DNA from: Macrostomum lignano
Taxonomy: Eukaryota
Assembly: GCA_002269645.1 (NCBI GenBank)
Contig: NIVC01002218.1
Span: forward strand, 113,795-177,794
Direction: 5' to 3'
Length of the DNA: 64,000 nucleotides
A program made the translations under genes and the position numbers. Of the stretch, positions 12,862 through 24,974 are shown piece after piece; the stretch's first letter is position 1; the number at the start of each line of letters is the position of its first letter. The notes under the pieces are model-generated. The model ran no database searches. It was given only the letters and a program-made list of their open reading frames with translations, and had not been told where the DNA came from.

Positions 12862-14008
12862 TTAGTGCGAAATCTCAAATTTCCCGGATGACTGAAAATG
12901 GCTGGTTGCTAACCCAATTAAGCGTGCTATGGGTGCAGACAATGTCGTTTCAAAGCAGTTCTTTCTGAGTGCGTGGGCGGCTGCAGGGAAAGTCAAAGCC
13001 CTCTTGGAGTAAGATGCTGATTTAGCAGGATGCGAATGAGGCACTGATCTATCTCACAGGATGTGATCAAGGCAGGACAGGGTGGGGATTAAGGCAGGAC
13101 AGGGTGGGGATTAAGGCAGGACAGGGTGGGGATTAAGGCAGGACAGGGTGGGGATTAAGGCAGGACAGGGTGGGGATTAAGGCAGGACAGGGTGGGGATT
13201 AAGGCAGGACAGGGTGGGGATTAAGGCAGGACAGGGTGGGGATTAAGGCAGGACAGGGTGGGGACTAAGGCAGGACAGGGTGGGGATTAAGGCAGCACAG
13301 GGTGGGGATTAAGGCAGCACAGGGTGGGGATTAAGGCAGGACAGGGTGGGGATTAAGGCAGCACAGGGTGGGGATTAAGGCAGGACAGGGTGGGGATTAA
13401 GGCAGGACAGGGTGGGGATTAAGGCAGCACAGGGTGGGGATTAAGGTAGGACAGGGTGGGGATTAAGGCAGCACAGGGTGGGGATTAAGGCAGCACAGGG
13501 TGGGGATTAAGGCAGGACAGGGTGGGGAGGAAGCTTAAACAGTCGAGTTTCGATATCACTAACTCAGTAGCCTACTGTAAACACTATTCCCTAATAATAA
13601 ACTACAAAACCTACATTAAGAATCCCAAATAGTTGTTCAGCAAACCTCATGCGACCTCGCCGTCTCGTCCAGTCGCCAATTGTCCGCGCACATGTCTCTG
13701 GCCGCGGCTGGCCGACGCTTGCGCTGCAACTGCTGCAGCAGCGGATTCTGCCGTCGCAACGGCTGCCCGATTCCCGTCACCGAGTGGCCGATGAGCGCGG
13801 AAGCGGCCGGCGACGATGCCGAACCTCCTGCCGGCTGCAGCGGCTCCAGCGGTTCAACCAGGCCAGCCTCCTCGTTGTGCTCCATCGTTGTCGCCTGGCG
13901 CTTGCACTTGACGGGCGGCGGCCCGAACAGCTGCCGCTCGACGATGTCCTCTTCGTCTTCGCCCGTCTCTGCGACGTAGCCGAAGCTGCTTATCACCGGT
14001 GACTCCAT
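11511..14008 (-). CDS. SPSB3: SPRY domain-containing SOCS box protein, SPSB3-like (~331 aa)
   Basis: Exons complement(13646..14008, 11511..12143), joined in phase 0 (SHE|TVLL). SPRY motifs FHPRWSNGHAAVR, YYWEV, GWALSHKGLAWHNG, GVLFD..GQLSFYVNG, LYPVLSSTAA; C-terminal SOCS box SLQDRC...LPPRLRRVL. The SPSB3 subfamily call is from recalled motif similarity. Confidence 0.8.
12198..12628. repeat. Intronic minisatellite, 33 bp unit (38 bp variant) GGATGGCTCAGCCAGGTGAACTGTCTGTGTCTG
   Basis: Tandem copies inside the SPSB3-like intron. Confidence 0.95.
13069..13528. repeat. Intronic G-rich minisatellite, 22 bp unit GGCAGGACAGGGTGGGGATTAA, ~21 copies
   Basis: Tandem copies inside the SPSB3-like intron. 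Confidence 0.95.
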
Positions 14009-15314
14009 CTGAGCCCGGCGGCCAGCTCTGTGAGTAGCGGGGATCCGTGGGCTGACGAAAGAATCGAGGAGGGAAGCTGATTGAGGGGGCAAGAGAAGAT
14101 GTGGAAAACTTGTGTGCTGGGAGCTTTATTCCCTATTATATATTTCAGGGGCCTCTTCAATCTTGAATTGGAGGGTTGGGGGGCTTTTTTCAAAGGGGGG
14201 TTGGCGGAGCACAAAGAGCGACCTTCCGCTCGGGTTGGTCGGCGGGCCCCATCAGGCGCGCCCCTATAGCTTTTAGCTAAGGCCCTATATCGCTTATGAG
14301 TGGTTTAGACTGGGGGAGGGGGTGCCCCGGGACTCCTCTCTGCTGAATCACTCCTCCTGCTGTTGTTTAGTTTCAACTTGGGGGGAGAGGGGCCACGTGG
14401 AGGCAGAGGGGGAGCAGAAGCACACAAAGACAGGAGGCGGCCCCCTGGGGGGCTTAACGAAGCAAACGCGTGGCTTGGGGAAAATGGGACTGATGGGACT
14501 GGGGGCAGCGCGGGAGAAAAGGGAGCGGAGCAGTGGAGTGATAGCGGATTTGCCCTGCAGCCTATTTTAGCCTCGATCTGAAGCGAAGGAGGAGAGGCTG
14601 GGCTGGATGCGGGCAGCCCGCCGCCTTCCCTCCTTCTCCCCTTTATCGGGATTTCTTCCCCACCCAACTTACTGCGGGGGGAGGCGCTGCCGCAGCTTCG
14701 GTGAACGATGAAGAGAGACAGGAAGAGCCAGAGAGCTGTGGGGCCGCACACTGGGCTGAGGGGCTGAAATAGCCTTCCTTCGGGTATAGCCATGCGGCCC
14801 ATGCCCAGCGTTAGCATTGGGGAAACGGATCGATATTTCCCACACTGGGGACTGCAGCTTAAGCAATTGGGAAGAGAAAGCCCAAAGCCTGCCGCCCTCC
14901 TCCTCCTCCTCCTCCTCCCTGATCCTCTCTGGCCGCATGCATTTGCTTGATCCCCCAGATAATCTCCCTCCTACCCCTGTCCGCTGCCTGCAAGTGCTCA
15001 GTGTACAGTGAATATGAGCGTACAGTGCAGTCACGGCAGTTGCGTACACTGGAGGCAATTGCTGAGTTTAATCGAAGGCAACGACTCAAGGAAAATAGTG
15101 AGTGCAAGTCTTCAAAAAAAAATAAATAAAATTGCGCGTGAATAATTTTAGGCACCAATTTCAGTTTTCTTTAGGAAAATTTGTACCTAAGGTTTAATGT
15201 GAATTAAACATGAATAAGTTCTCCGTAATTCGTAGCGTTCAAAGCGGCAGTTTCTTGTATTAGTACTCAGTGAACTTTGGAAACGACTTTTTTTTCAGTT
15301 TTGATGCTTGACTT

Positions 15315-15795
15315 CTAACGGGTAATCCTGCCTGTCTAACGGGTAACCCTGCCTGTCTAACAGGTAAACCTGTCTTGTCTAACGGGTAATCCTGCCTGTC
15401 TAACGGGTAATCCTGCCTGTCTAACGGGTAACCCTGCCTTGTCTAACGGGTAACCCTGCCTGTCTAACGGGTAATCCTGCCTGTCTAACGGGTAAACCTG
15501 CCTGTCTAACGGGTAATCCTGCCTGTCTAACGGGTAATCCTGCCTGTCCAACGGGTAAACCTGCCTGTCTAACGGGTAAACCTGCCTGTCTAACGGGTAA
15601 ACCTGCCTGTCTAACGGGTAATCCTGCCTGTCCAACGGGTAAACCTGCCTGTCTAACGGGTAATCCTGCCTGTCTAACGGGTAATCCTGCCTGTCTAACG
15701 GGTAATCCTGCCTGTCCAACGGGTAAACCTGCCTGTCTAACGGGTAATCCTGCCTGTCTAACGGGTAAACCTGCCTGTCTAACAGGTAAACCTAC
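15315..15795. repeat. Minisatellite, 21 bp unit CTAACGGGTAATCCTGCCTGT
   Basis: Tandem repetition. Confidence 0.95.
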
Positions 15796-16427
15796 CTATA
15801 ACCATAAGTTTAACATGTAATAGTTAGTATATAGATGCAGCGCAGGTCCCCCTATAGGGACATAATTGCCAGTTTAACTATAAAACTCCCCATGCCTGAG
15901 ACGCAGTGCAACAGCTTGCTGACTGGAGTCTTATGCACACAAATTTATTATAAGGCTTGCAAATTGGCTTACTGGTTACAGTTGGTTGGTGAAGTAACCT
16001 GCAGATATGCTCATTACTCATTTTATCAGGGAGCGCTGTGTATAGGCTCCGGCTTATGGCAAAATCCAACAGCTGCATTCTTTCCCATGGGTAGTGGTGT
16101 TGAGCAGATGATTTTTATTAATATTATTATATTAGTCGAAATAAAACTATAGTAAGTTTTAAAGCCTGCTCATCTCATGGCTCTGTGTCCGTGGCCTGTG
16201 AGTGAGTAAGCTCGTATCTAACTATATCGATTTACGGGCTATAACTGTCAGCTCACAAATTCAAAAGCGTACGAGTATAGCAGGTGCAGAAATTGAAACT
16301 CGAGTGCTGTGACGACAACTGATAGCATAAATATAAAATTAATTAGATTCTTATATGTACCCATGGCTGGGATCTTTATAACTGGCACAATGATACTTCT
16401 CCGGCATACTGCATGTACTACTAGTAT

Positions 16428-16772
16428 CCAATCTCATGGGTACTGAGATCCAATCTCATGGGTACTGAGATCCAATCTCATGGGTAGTGAGATCCAATCT
16501 CATGTGTACTGAGATCCAATCTCATGGGTAGTGAGATCCAATCTCATGTGTACTGAGATCCAATCTCATGTGTACTGAGATCCAATCTCATGGGTACTGA
16601 GATCCAATCTCATGGGTACTGAGATTCAATCTCATGGGTAGTGAGATCCAATCTCATGGGTAGTGAGATCCAATCTCATGGGAACTGAGATTTAATCTCA
16701 TGGGTAGTGAGATCCAATCTCATGGGTAGTGAGATCCAATCTCATGTGTACTGAGATCCAATCTCATGGGTA
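16428..16772. repeat. Minisatellite, 22 bp unit ATCCAATCTCATGGGTACTGAG
   Basis: Tandem repetition. Confidence 0.95.
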
Positions 16773-16854
16773 CAGAGGTCCTGTTGCTAGTTTGCAGTAC
16801 CTACATGGTCTGTAAGGTTAGTACGTAACAGGCGAGACCCACTTGTATTTTGAC

Positions 16855-17116
16855 CAGAGGGTTGGTAAGCTTTTTTCCTCAAGGGCCAGATAAAGAATCC
16901 AGCTCATGGCTGCGGGCCATGCTGATGAGAGAGGAAATGAGAGGGAATATAGGAAAGAGAATAGGAAAAAGGAGATGAGAGATGAGAGGGGAGAGGAGGG
17001 ATGAGAATGGAGAAGAGGAGATGAGGAGAAAGAAGAGACATAAACCTTGAGCTGGCTGGCTCGAGGGCCTGATAGAGGCTTCGTGGACTCAGGCAGGCCA
17101 CAGGTTGCAACCCCTG
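16855..17116. mobile_element. hAT-like MITE with GA-rich core
   Basis: Imperfect TIRs CAGAGGGTTGGTAA / TTGCAACCCCTG, subterminal GGGCC motifs, same layout as 57638-57933; 8-bp flanks match only 5/8. Confidence 0.55.
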
Positions 17117-18113
17117 GTTAAGACAGATGCGCGTTATTTTGGTCATACAGTCTGCCGCTTAGAGCCGTCAGACATCGTGGGCCTAATTTATTCCTCATTC
17201 ATTTTTTTATCTCACATTCGAGTTTGTTCACTTGGACAGAGAGGGGGGGTGGGGCTGAGTAAATATTCGAATTCTGGTGAGGGGATGTAGGAGATGGGAG
17301 ATGTGAAATGAGAAGAAGCAGAAGGAAGGAAGGCCTGGATGAACAGAAATGGGGGGGTTGCCAGATGTCGTGACTATTAAGGAAAATAACTGGGGCTGGC
17401 GGGAGGTTGAGGGGAGCTGAGAAGAGGAAGACCTAAAAAACACCGTCAACCCAACGGGCTGAGCCCGTATATGAGTTGAGTTAAGGAAGAAATAATCAGG
17501 GACCTGATAAAAAAGTGAGCAAGATAACAAATCGTACCGAAACCCCCAGCCCCCCCTGCAGGTAGATCAGTTCGATGCCTTCAGCTGCCCTTAGCATAAT
17601 ATAATATCGAATATATAGGCAAAGTTGGCGCTGACTCACGAACAAATCCCACCAATTTATATTCTGAACAAAGACCTTCACCCCATCCCCGTAATAAAAC
17701 TGATCTGTGTCGCGTGGCAGGGAAAGGAATGGGATTAAGCTCTTGTATTCTCTATGCTGGGAGGGGAGGGTAAGAGGGGATTTTGCGATGACACAGCCGG
17801 CCCGACCCTACCAGCCGTTCAAGCCAGTTCCTTTCTTTCCTGGCCTGAATTCGAGAACAAAGACCTTCCGGACGGGCGCCTGCAACAGCTGCCGGAGCCG
17901 CTAGCCCAGCTGTTTGAATGGGAAACATGAAATCCCGCGAAACTCGAAGGGGAACGCAAACCATCTGGAGAGTGGAGAGAAATTTTATAGGGGCAAATCA
18001 TATATTTTCGCTGGCTAACGAGCTCAGTTATGGCGTGGATTGAACTCGAAAATTCGTTTTTTTTGTCCAATTTTGATCGCCTAGTCTTAAGCTTACGCAA
18101 GATTACTTGGCTG

Positions 18114-18651
18114 CTCAAAATTTCATAACGTCGAAAAGCAGCTTCTTTCACAAGCTCGAAATTTCACAACGCAAAAAAAGCAGATTCTTTCACAAGGTCG
18201 AAATTTCACAACGCAAAAAAGCAGATTCTTTCACAAGCTCGAAATTTCACAACGCAAAAAAGCAGATTCTGTCACAAGCTCGAAATTTCACAACGCAAAA
18301 AAGCAGATTCTGTCACAAGCTCGAAATTTCACAACGCAAAAAAGCAGATTCTTTCACAAGCTCGAAATTTCACAACGCAAAAAAGCAGATTCTTTCACAA
18401 GCTCGAAATTTCACAACGCAAAAAAGCAGATTCTTTCACAAGCTCGAAATTTCACAACGCAAAAAAGCAGATTCTTTCACAGGCTCGAAATTTCACAACG
18501 TCGAAAAGCAGATTCTTTCACAGGCTCGAAATTTCACAACGTCGAAAAGCAGATTCTTTCACAGGCTCGAAATTTCTCACTTCGATCTTGTGAAGTTTCA
18601 ACTTTACGAAGTCCCTTACTAGAGTTTTCGACGTTGTGTTGTGAAATTTCG
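18114..18651. repeat. 41-bp tandem array (AAGCAGATTCTTTCACAAGCTCGAAATTTCACAACGCAAAA) bounded on the right by an inverted unit copy
   Basis: ~11 units from 18130 to 18580; TTTTCGACGTTG..TTGTGAAATTTCGAG at ~18625-18651 is the reverse complement of the left end. Confidence 0.85.
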
Positions 18652-19425
18652 AGTGTGTGTTAATTTAATACTTCACAATAAAACAAAGGCAATGGCAATT
18701 CAGTTGCGACTTCTTTTCTTCGAAGTAAATAGTCGTAGTCCTTGTGTCAAATTTGATGCAATAATGACTCGAATATTCGGACTATGGTGTCTCCGGAATA
18801 ATCGCAGCAGTGCGTGGAGTTGAAGAAAGAATTCTAACGTCTAAAAATGTTACTGATACAGTTAGTGGACAAGGCAACTGTGTTCCCACTAACAGCTGGA
18901 GGACAGACAATACAAAGAAACAGTCTGAAGTAAAACTAAAACAGTATAGTAAACATTCTTCCCTACTGCGAACTGAAAGATTTTTTTATTTAATGCCTTC
19001 TTTATGTCCAGAAAATGTCCCATGAATGCATGCGCTTCCATTTTAGAAAGGAAATTTTCAACAAATTTGTTACACAGATAAATTCGTTACAATTTATACT
19101 CTTAAACCTGGGCTTCTAGAGCTGAAAAAATGAAATAATATGCAGTGTCATTACTGCATGGATTGGCATAGTGTGTAGTGTTAATCAACTTCCATCCATC
19201 CTTATCCGATAGGCTCTAACTTTCCTATATTCTACAAACAGACACATCCTCTATTAATTTTCTGTATTATAAACTTTAAAACAGTTTGAGACATGAAAAA
19301 TGACATTTACAGAGGCAAAATGGAGCAAGCGTATATTATGTTTTTTTATGTTCCTTCAGATCTCAACTACTACTAACAGTAAAACAAATTTTGATAATCG
19401 ACTGAAAACACACTCCATAGCAACT

Positions 19426-19497
19426 TCCTCGATAGTATAGTGGTCAGTATCTCCGCCTGTCACGTGGAAGGCCCGGGTTCGATTCCCGGTCGGGGAG
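19426..19497 (+). tRNA. tRNA-Asp (GTC)
   Basis: 72 nt; acceptor stem TCCTCGA/TCGGGGA, anticodon arm TCCGC-CTGTCAC-GTGGA, T arm CCGGG-TTCGATT-CCCGG; oligo-T terminator at ~19500. Confidence 0.95.
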
Positions 19498-19810
19498 AGG
19501 TTTTTTTATTCCTACGAGAAAGTAATTTTGTGCGATAAATTTATTATTTTATACCTCCGGAAGTCTTTAATTCTTTTGTTTATCATATTTAAGTCATTTT
19601 TACGTTTTTAAAATTTGTCGATGTGGAGATTGCTGGCAGTTTTTTTATTCTACTATTAAGTAGCACAATGAGACTATAACTGCATAGTTTGAAAAAAGTT
19701 CGGAAAAAGCCCTAGATAATTGTGCATAATTAGGCTGATGCGTGGCTGATGGATGTATTTTGAAATAAAAAATAGTGATAAGGAAGAAAATTTTCTGTGG
19801 AAAAAAATTA

Positions 19811-19882
19811 CTCCCCGACCGGGAATCGAACCCGGGCCTTCCACGTGACAGGCGGAGATACTGACCACTATACTATCGAGGA
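19811..19882 (-). tRNA. tRNA-Asp (GTC), identical inverted copy
   Basis: Exact reverse complement of 19426-19497, followed by a T7 terminator on the minus strand. Confidence 0.95.
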
Positions 19883-20260
19883 AGTAATTGCATGACTTCT
19901 CATTTCGCGAGTTTGTTTGTTTTATTTTATTTGTTATTGTTTGTTTTATTTCGCGACTGAATGTTCATTAGCCTTATATGCCTTTTGGTAGTTAAGACGG
20001 TGAAAAAAAGGCAAAATGTTATAGTGCAGCAAAGCTTTCGTAATTACCAGCTGTCTGACAAATCTGACAAACCAGACCGCTGTGTGATTTGAATAGTGAT
20101 TTTTTAATAGAAACGGATAAAATAAATGTAATAACGTAATTCCGGGAAGGTTGTGGGCCCCGTGGCGCCACGCTCGAGCTCGAAATATCGATCGTCCCAC
20201 AACCATGCGCCGAGGCAATTCCGTCCATTCGGCTGACAATAGCTCCTGAGGTCTGAGGAC

Positions 20261-20439
20261 ACATACATGCATACATACATACATACATACATACATACAT
20301 ACATACATACATACATACATACATGCATACATACATACATACATACATACATACATACATACATACATACATGCATACATACATACATACATACATACAT
20401 ACATACATACATACATACATACATACATACATACATACA

Positions 20440-20473
<34 letters not shown>

Positions 20474-21275
20474 CATACATACATAAATACATACATACAT
20501 ACATAAATACATACATACATATATACATACATGCAAACATACATACATACATACATACATGCATACATACATACATACATACATACATACATACATGCAT
20601 ACATACATACATATATACATACATGCATACATACATACATACATACATACATGCATACATACATACATGCATACATACATACATACATACATACATGCAT
20701 ACATACATACATACATACATACATACATACATACATACATACATACATACATACATACATACATACATACATACATACATACATACATACATACATACAT
20801 ACATACATACATACATACATACATACATACATACATACATACATACATACATACATACATACATACATACATACATACATACATACATACATACATACAT
20901 ACATACATACATACATACATACATACATACATACATACATACATACATACATACATACATACATACATACATACATACATACATACATACATACATACAT
21001 ACATACATACATACATGCATACATACATACATACATACATACATACATACATACATACATACATACATACATACATACATACATACATACATACATACAT
21101 ACATGCATACATACATACATACATACATACATACATACATACATACATACATGCATACATACATACATACATACATACATACATACATACATACATACAT
21201 ACATACATACATACATACATACATACATACATACATACATACATACATACATACATACATACATACATACATACA

Positions 21276-21309
<34 letters not shown>

Positions 21310-21351
21310 CATACATGCATACATACATACATATATACATACATGCATACA

Positions 21352-21385
<34 letters not shown>

Positions 21386-21434
21386 CATACATGCATACAT
21401 ACATACATACATACATACATACATACATACATAC
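20261..21434. repeat. (ACAT)n tetranucleotide microsatellite, ~1.17 kb
   Basis: Direct observation; source of the MYVC/HTYI ORFs. Confidence 0.98.
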
Positions 21435-22232
21435 CAGGTTTTCCCGCAGCGAGCTTTTCCCGCCGAGATTTGCCTGCAGCGAGGTTTTCCCGCGAGAGTT
21501 TTTTCCAGCCGAGGTTTCCAACCTCGGTGCAGATATAATACCGCGACCTCTCCGAGGTGTAGTCGGAGAGCCGCGCTTAACTGCTTCGGCGGATAACAGC
21601 GGCAAGACCAAGCGACAGCAGCGAAGCGAGCGCCGGCGAGTCGAACGTCGGCGTGAGCAAAACCGAGGTTGGCAACGTGGTTTTTCCCATCGAGCTACTG
21701 CTTTCCTTGGCCAATATCGGATCTTCCGGGTGTCGCTGGGGACCGTGAGGCTCACTGTCATACCACATGGCACGCTTCGGGTCGGGACGCTGAACTGCCG
21801 CACTCTCAAGGCTGCAGGCTCGCTCGACGTTAGATGCGATGTCATCTCGCTGCAAGAGATGTCTATTAGGACCGACCCGGGAATTCACTGTGAGGGCCTG
21901 GGCGTCGGCTGGACCCTCTGGTACACGTCGGTGGACCAACCAGGCCGCGGAGGAGTTGGAGCACTGATCGGACCGAGGCTGCAGCAGAGCTGTCGCTGCG
22001 TCTCCCTGTCTGACCGGCTGCTTTAGGTCGACGTCTGGCTTCGCAGCCGGAACCCTCGCCTGTTCCGCCTCCTGCCACCCGACCTGACGAAGCTCAATCA
22101 AGTCTTCTTCGAGCAGCTCTCGGCGCAGGTGGAGGAAACGGCGCAGCGTGACACAGTGATCGTCCTCGGAGACCTAAACGCGGTTTTGCGGAGGTCCGAG
22201 CGGTCGCTGTTTGTTACACCGCGCGAGGAATT
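21435..22232 (+). mobile_element. 5' part of an RTE-type non-LTR retrotransposon (UTR plus decayed APE endonuclease)
   Basis: Motifs LRVGTLNCRTL, DVISLQE, GRGGVG and VIVLGDLNA match the AP-endonuclease family of RTE-like LINEs. In-frame TAG at 22024-22026 and a later frameshift; no reverse transcriptase domain follows. Confidence 0.8.
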
Positions 22233-22389
22233 ATGCAGGGGATTCTTGCAGTGGCGAGACTATGGGGTAGCTACATGCATGTACTATTACATAGATAAAT
22301 ACGAGGAATTGTACTTTTGGCCTTCAACGCGCCAACCAGCCTCTCGTAGCGCTGATAATAGGCCAACTCGAACATCAGAGACCGCATGA

Positions 22390-23300
22390 TTCATTACCCG
22401 AGCCGCTTGGCGAACCTAGAGTGGACAGAGTACATCTCTAGCGCCGATTTTGCACTATTGGCAACTTTGCTCACTGATTTGATAGATTGATCGACTGAGG
22501 AACTGTCTTGCCATGGGCCCACTGTGACCGCGGCGCCTACTAGCTTAGCTACTCATCTGAGCCATCGGCGAACAAGAAATAAGACCGATAAAAATAACTG
22601 TCAGATTTAACCTTCTCACTGATTCACTTCACACCTCAGATTGAATTGGAGTTTCAGACTACTGAATGATCTCTGCCTCAATAACAGCACTACTGAACAA
22701 ATTGAGTAAAAGTGTGCGCCGAATCCATGCAGCTACTGAAATAGGGGACAGATAAGGGATCACCCAATCAAGCAAGTCTAGGTAGCCTCTCACCCAACCA
22801 ATCAGAAACTCAACAGCCGGAGACCAGGTAATTCACAGTGACCGAATCGGCTTAGTGCTTCGCAGCTGTAGACCCGGGATGATGCTGATGTCACAATCTT
22901 CGCAGATAGCTAGCAGGTGATGATCTTTAACCTTGATGTTCGCTGCTGACGACCCAGGGGATTCATCGCGTCCTTGATGATGACGGGGGAGTCGCGATCC
23001 GGGGATCAAGAGACGACGGTCGCGAGTAGCAGCCGGGTGTCAGGTGACAGGTGACCGCGGCCAAGCAAATAGTCCGAGTGGGCCAAAAACGCCGGTTTTT
23101 ATAGCCGCCAACTGAACCGCAATTTGTTATAATGAAACACATCGACGCTGATTGGCTGAGCCGATTTGTTATAACAGACGTCGAATTTTCTGATTGGCTG
23201 AGCTTGTTGCCACACCCAAACTCACGTGACCAGAAGATCCTATCAGTTCCCTCGGGGCCATAAAAATACGCCAGGTGCAGTAGTCATAAATCACTCAAAA
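22390..23300 (-). promoter_or_regulatory. Possible solo-LTR-like segment with CCAAT and TATA boxes on the minus strand
   Basis: Two CTCAGCCAATCA boxes (~23150 and ~23195) about 50-100 bp upstream of GGCTATAAAAA (~23100), followed by a GC-rich non-coding stretch; LTR termini and TSD not established. Confidence 0.3.
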
Positions 23301-24974
23301 TCGCTACATAATGATTTATGACCTTTCGCGTAGAAATGACAAAAATCAATGAAAAAATATACATTAGAAAGATCTTACTAAGTAGAAAGTGAAGATGGTG
23401 AAGAGAATTCGCTAATCGCTAATCCCAAAGTACTTTTAGGGGTAAAACGCATAGCGTCAAAGCTGTCACACGCTTGAGTGAACACGAACAGTAGGCCCTG
23501 ACCTCATAAATCTTGATGGCCTGTCAAAACGATGAGAAAAAAGCTACCGCCCGCATCCTCTCAGACCATCTGGCGCCATGCAGCCTCAGCTCTGAGTGAG
23601 GCGCAGGTGGCTGTCAGACCAGCTCGAAAGCGATGATTTTTATATATGACCCAAAACCCGCGCCTATGTTATTATAACTACAAGTATGGCAAAATCATAT
23701 ATAGCTACGAAAGTTCTACTAGTATGAATTCTATGAAAACTACAAAAAGAGGAAAAAATGCCCATAGCCTGTCGTTAGTAGGCTAGTAAGTTTGGAGCCC
23801 ATGCAAGCGATTTTAACCAAGCAATTTTATATTATTTTATATTAGTGTATATATTAGATACCTACTCATCACATTTTATAGAGGGCCGTTGACTTTTATA
23901 ATTCAACACATAGTCCGATGAGCCCATGCAAGCGTGAAATTTGGAAAAAAGTGCGTCCCAACTTGATTTTTGTGTTAATTCAGCAAATGAGAAATACTGG
24001 GCCGGAGAACTACTCGTTTTGCAAAATACAGCTAAAATGCAGATGCGTGAATGTTATTAACCGAGTTTTGAACACGCTTGTAAAAATTCGAAAAATTCTC
24101 AGCAACTAGCTCACATATCCATTGAGGCAGTAGCTATACACGCAAAAGACCTGACCAGAACTTTGAAAAACAAACTTTTCCAAATTTTAACCAAGTGTAT
24201 ATTAGATACCTACTCATCACATTTTATAGAGGGCCGTTAGACTTTTATAATTCAACACAAGAACACGATGCTCACTGCTTAGCGTAATATAAATATTTTA
24301 GTTAATTAGGCATTTAGGCAATGATAATATCAGTGAGCTCTTAGTTTCAAACTTTATCTTTGCCGAGTAGCAAATTGCTTTGAAGGTTTAAAGAATTTTT
24401 TTGATTACCCTTATTTTATAAAAGTCCGTAAAAAACGAGCTGATAACAACAGCGTACATTTAAATTGATTTTTTTGAATGTGACGTGTTACCTCCGACGT
24501 TTTGCAATGTTTTAGTTGTTTTCAAAATATTTTACTGATGAATAATTTCTATTTTAGTTAGCCACGTTAGAGAATGACGACAGCACCTCCATCGAGTCAA
24601 GGGTATGTATATATGCTTAACAAATGTATCATCATTCTTTTTATTTGGCTGATTAACTACAGAATAACTTTTTGTCTTACTCTTAGTTTAGCCTATAGGC
24701 CCCTAGCCCTATACTCGAAACTATATTGTCAGTATAAAAGGTACTGGTAGCGACTTAGCGAGCCTATTTTTTTAGTTTTTTAAAGTTATATTTGAATTTT
24801 TCTAATTTAGAGTAAGAGAAAAAGATATTAGAGTTTAGAGTAAGTTTTTTATATTTATCAGTAGGCCCTATGTTCTAATCAGTGATCAGTCTTCATCAAT
24901 GGAAATAGAGATTTGCTATATCTATTGAAATATAAAGCTATAGGCCTAAAAGCTACAAATTTGTAAGGAAGTGC

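Noticed and set aside
19946-21596. MYVC/HTYI ORFs of 335-608 aa
   Set aside because: Translations of the (ACAT)n microsatellite; only the non-repeat tail (RTE endonuclease) is meaningful.
21435-21610. HDV-like, hammerhead or twister ribozyme in the RTE 5' UTR
   Set aside because: Hairpins exist, but I could not find the required P1/P1.1/P2 pairings or the CTGATGA/GAAA core; left as a computational test only.
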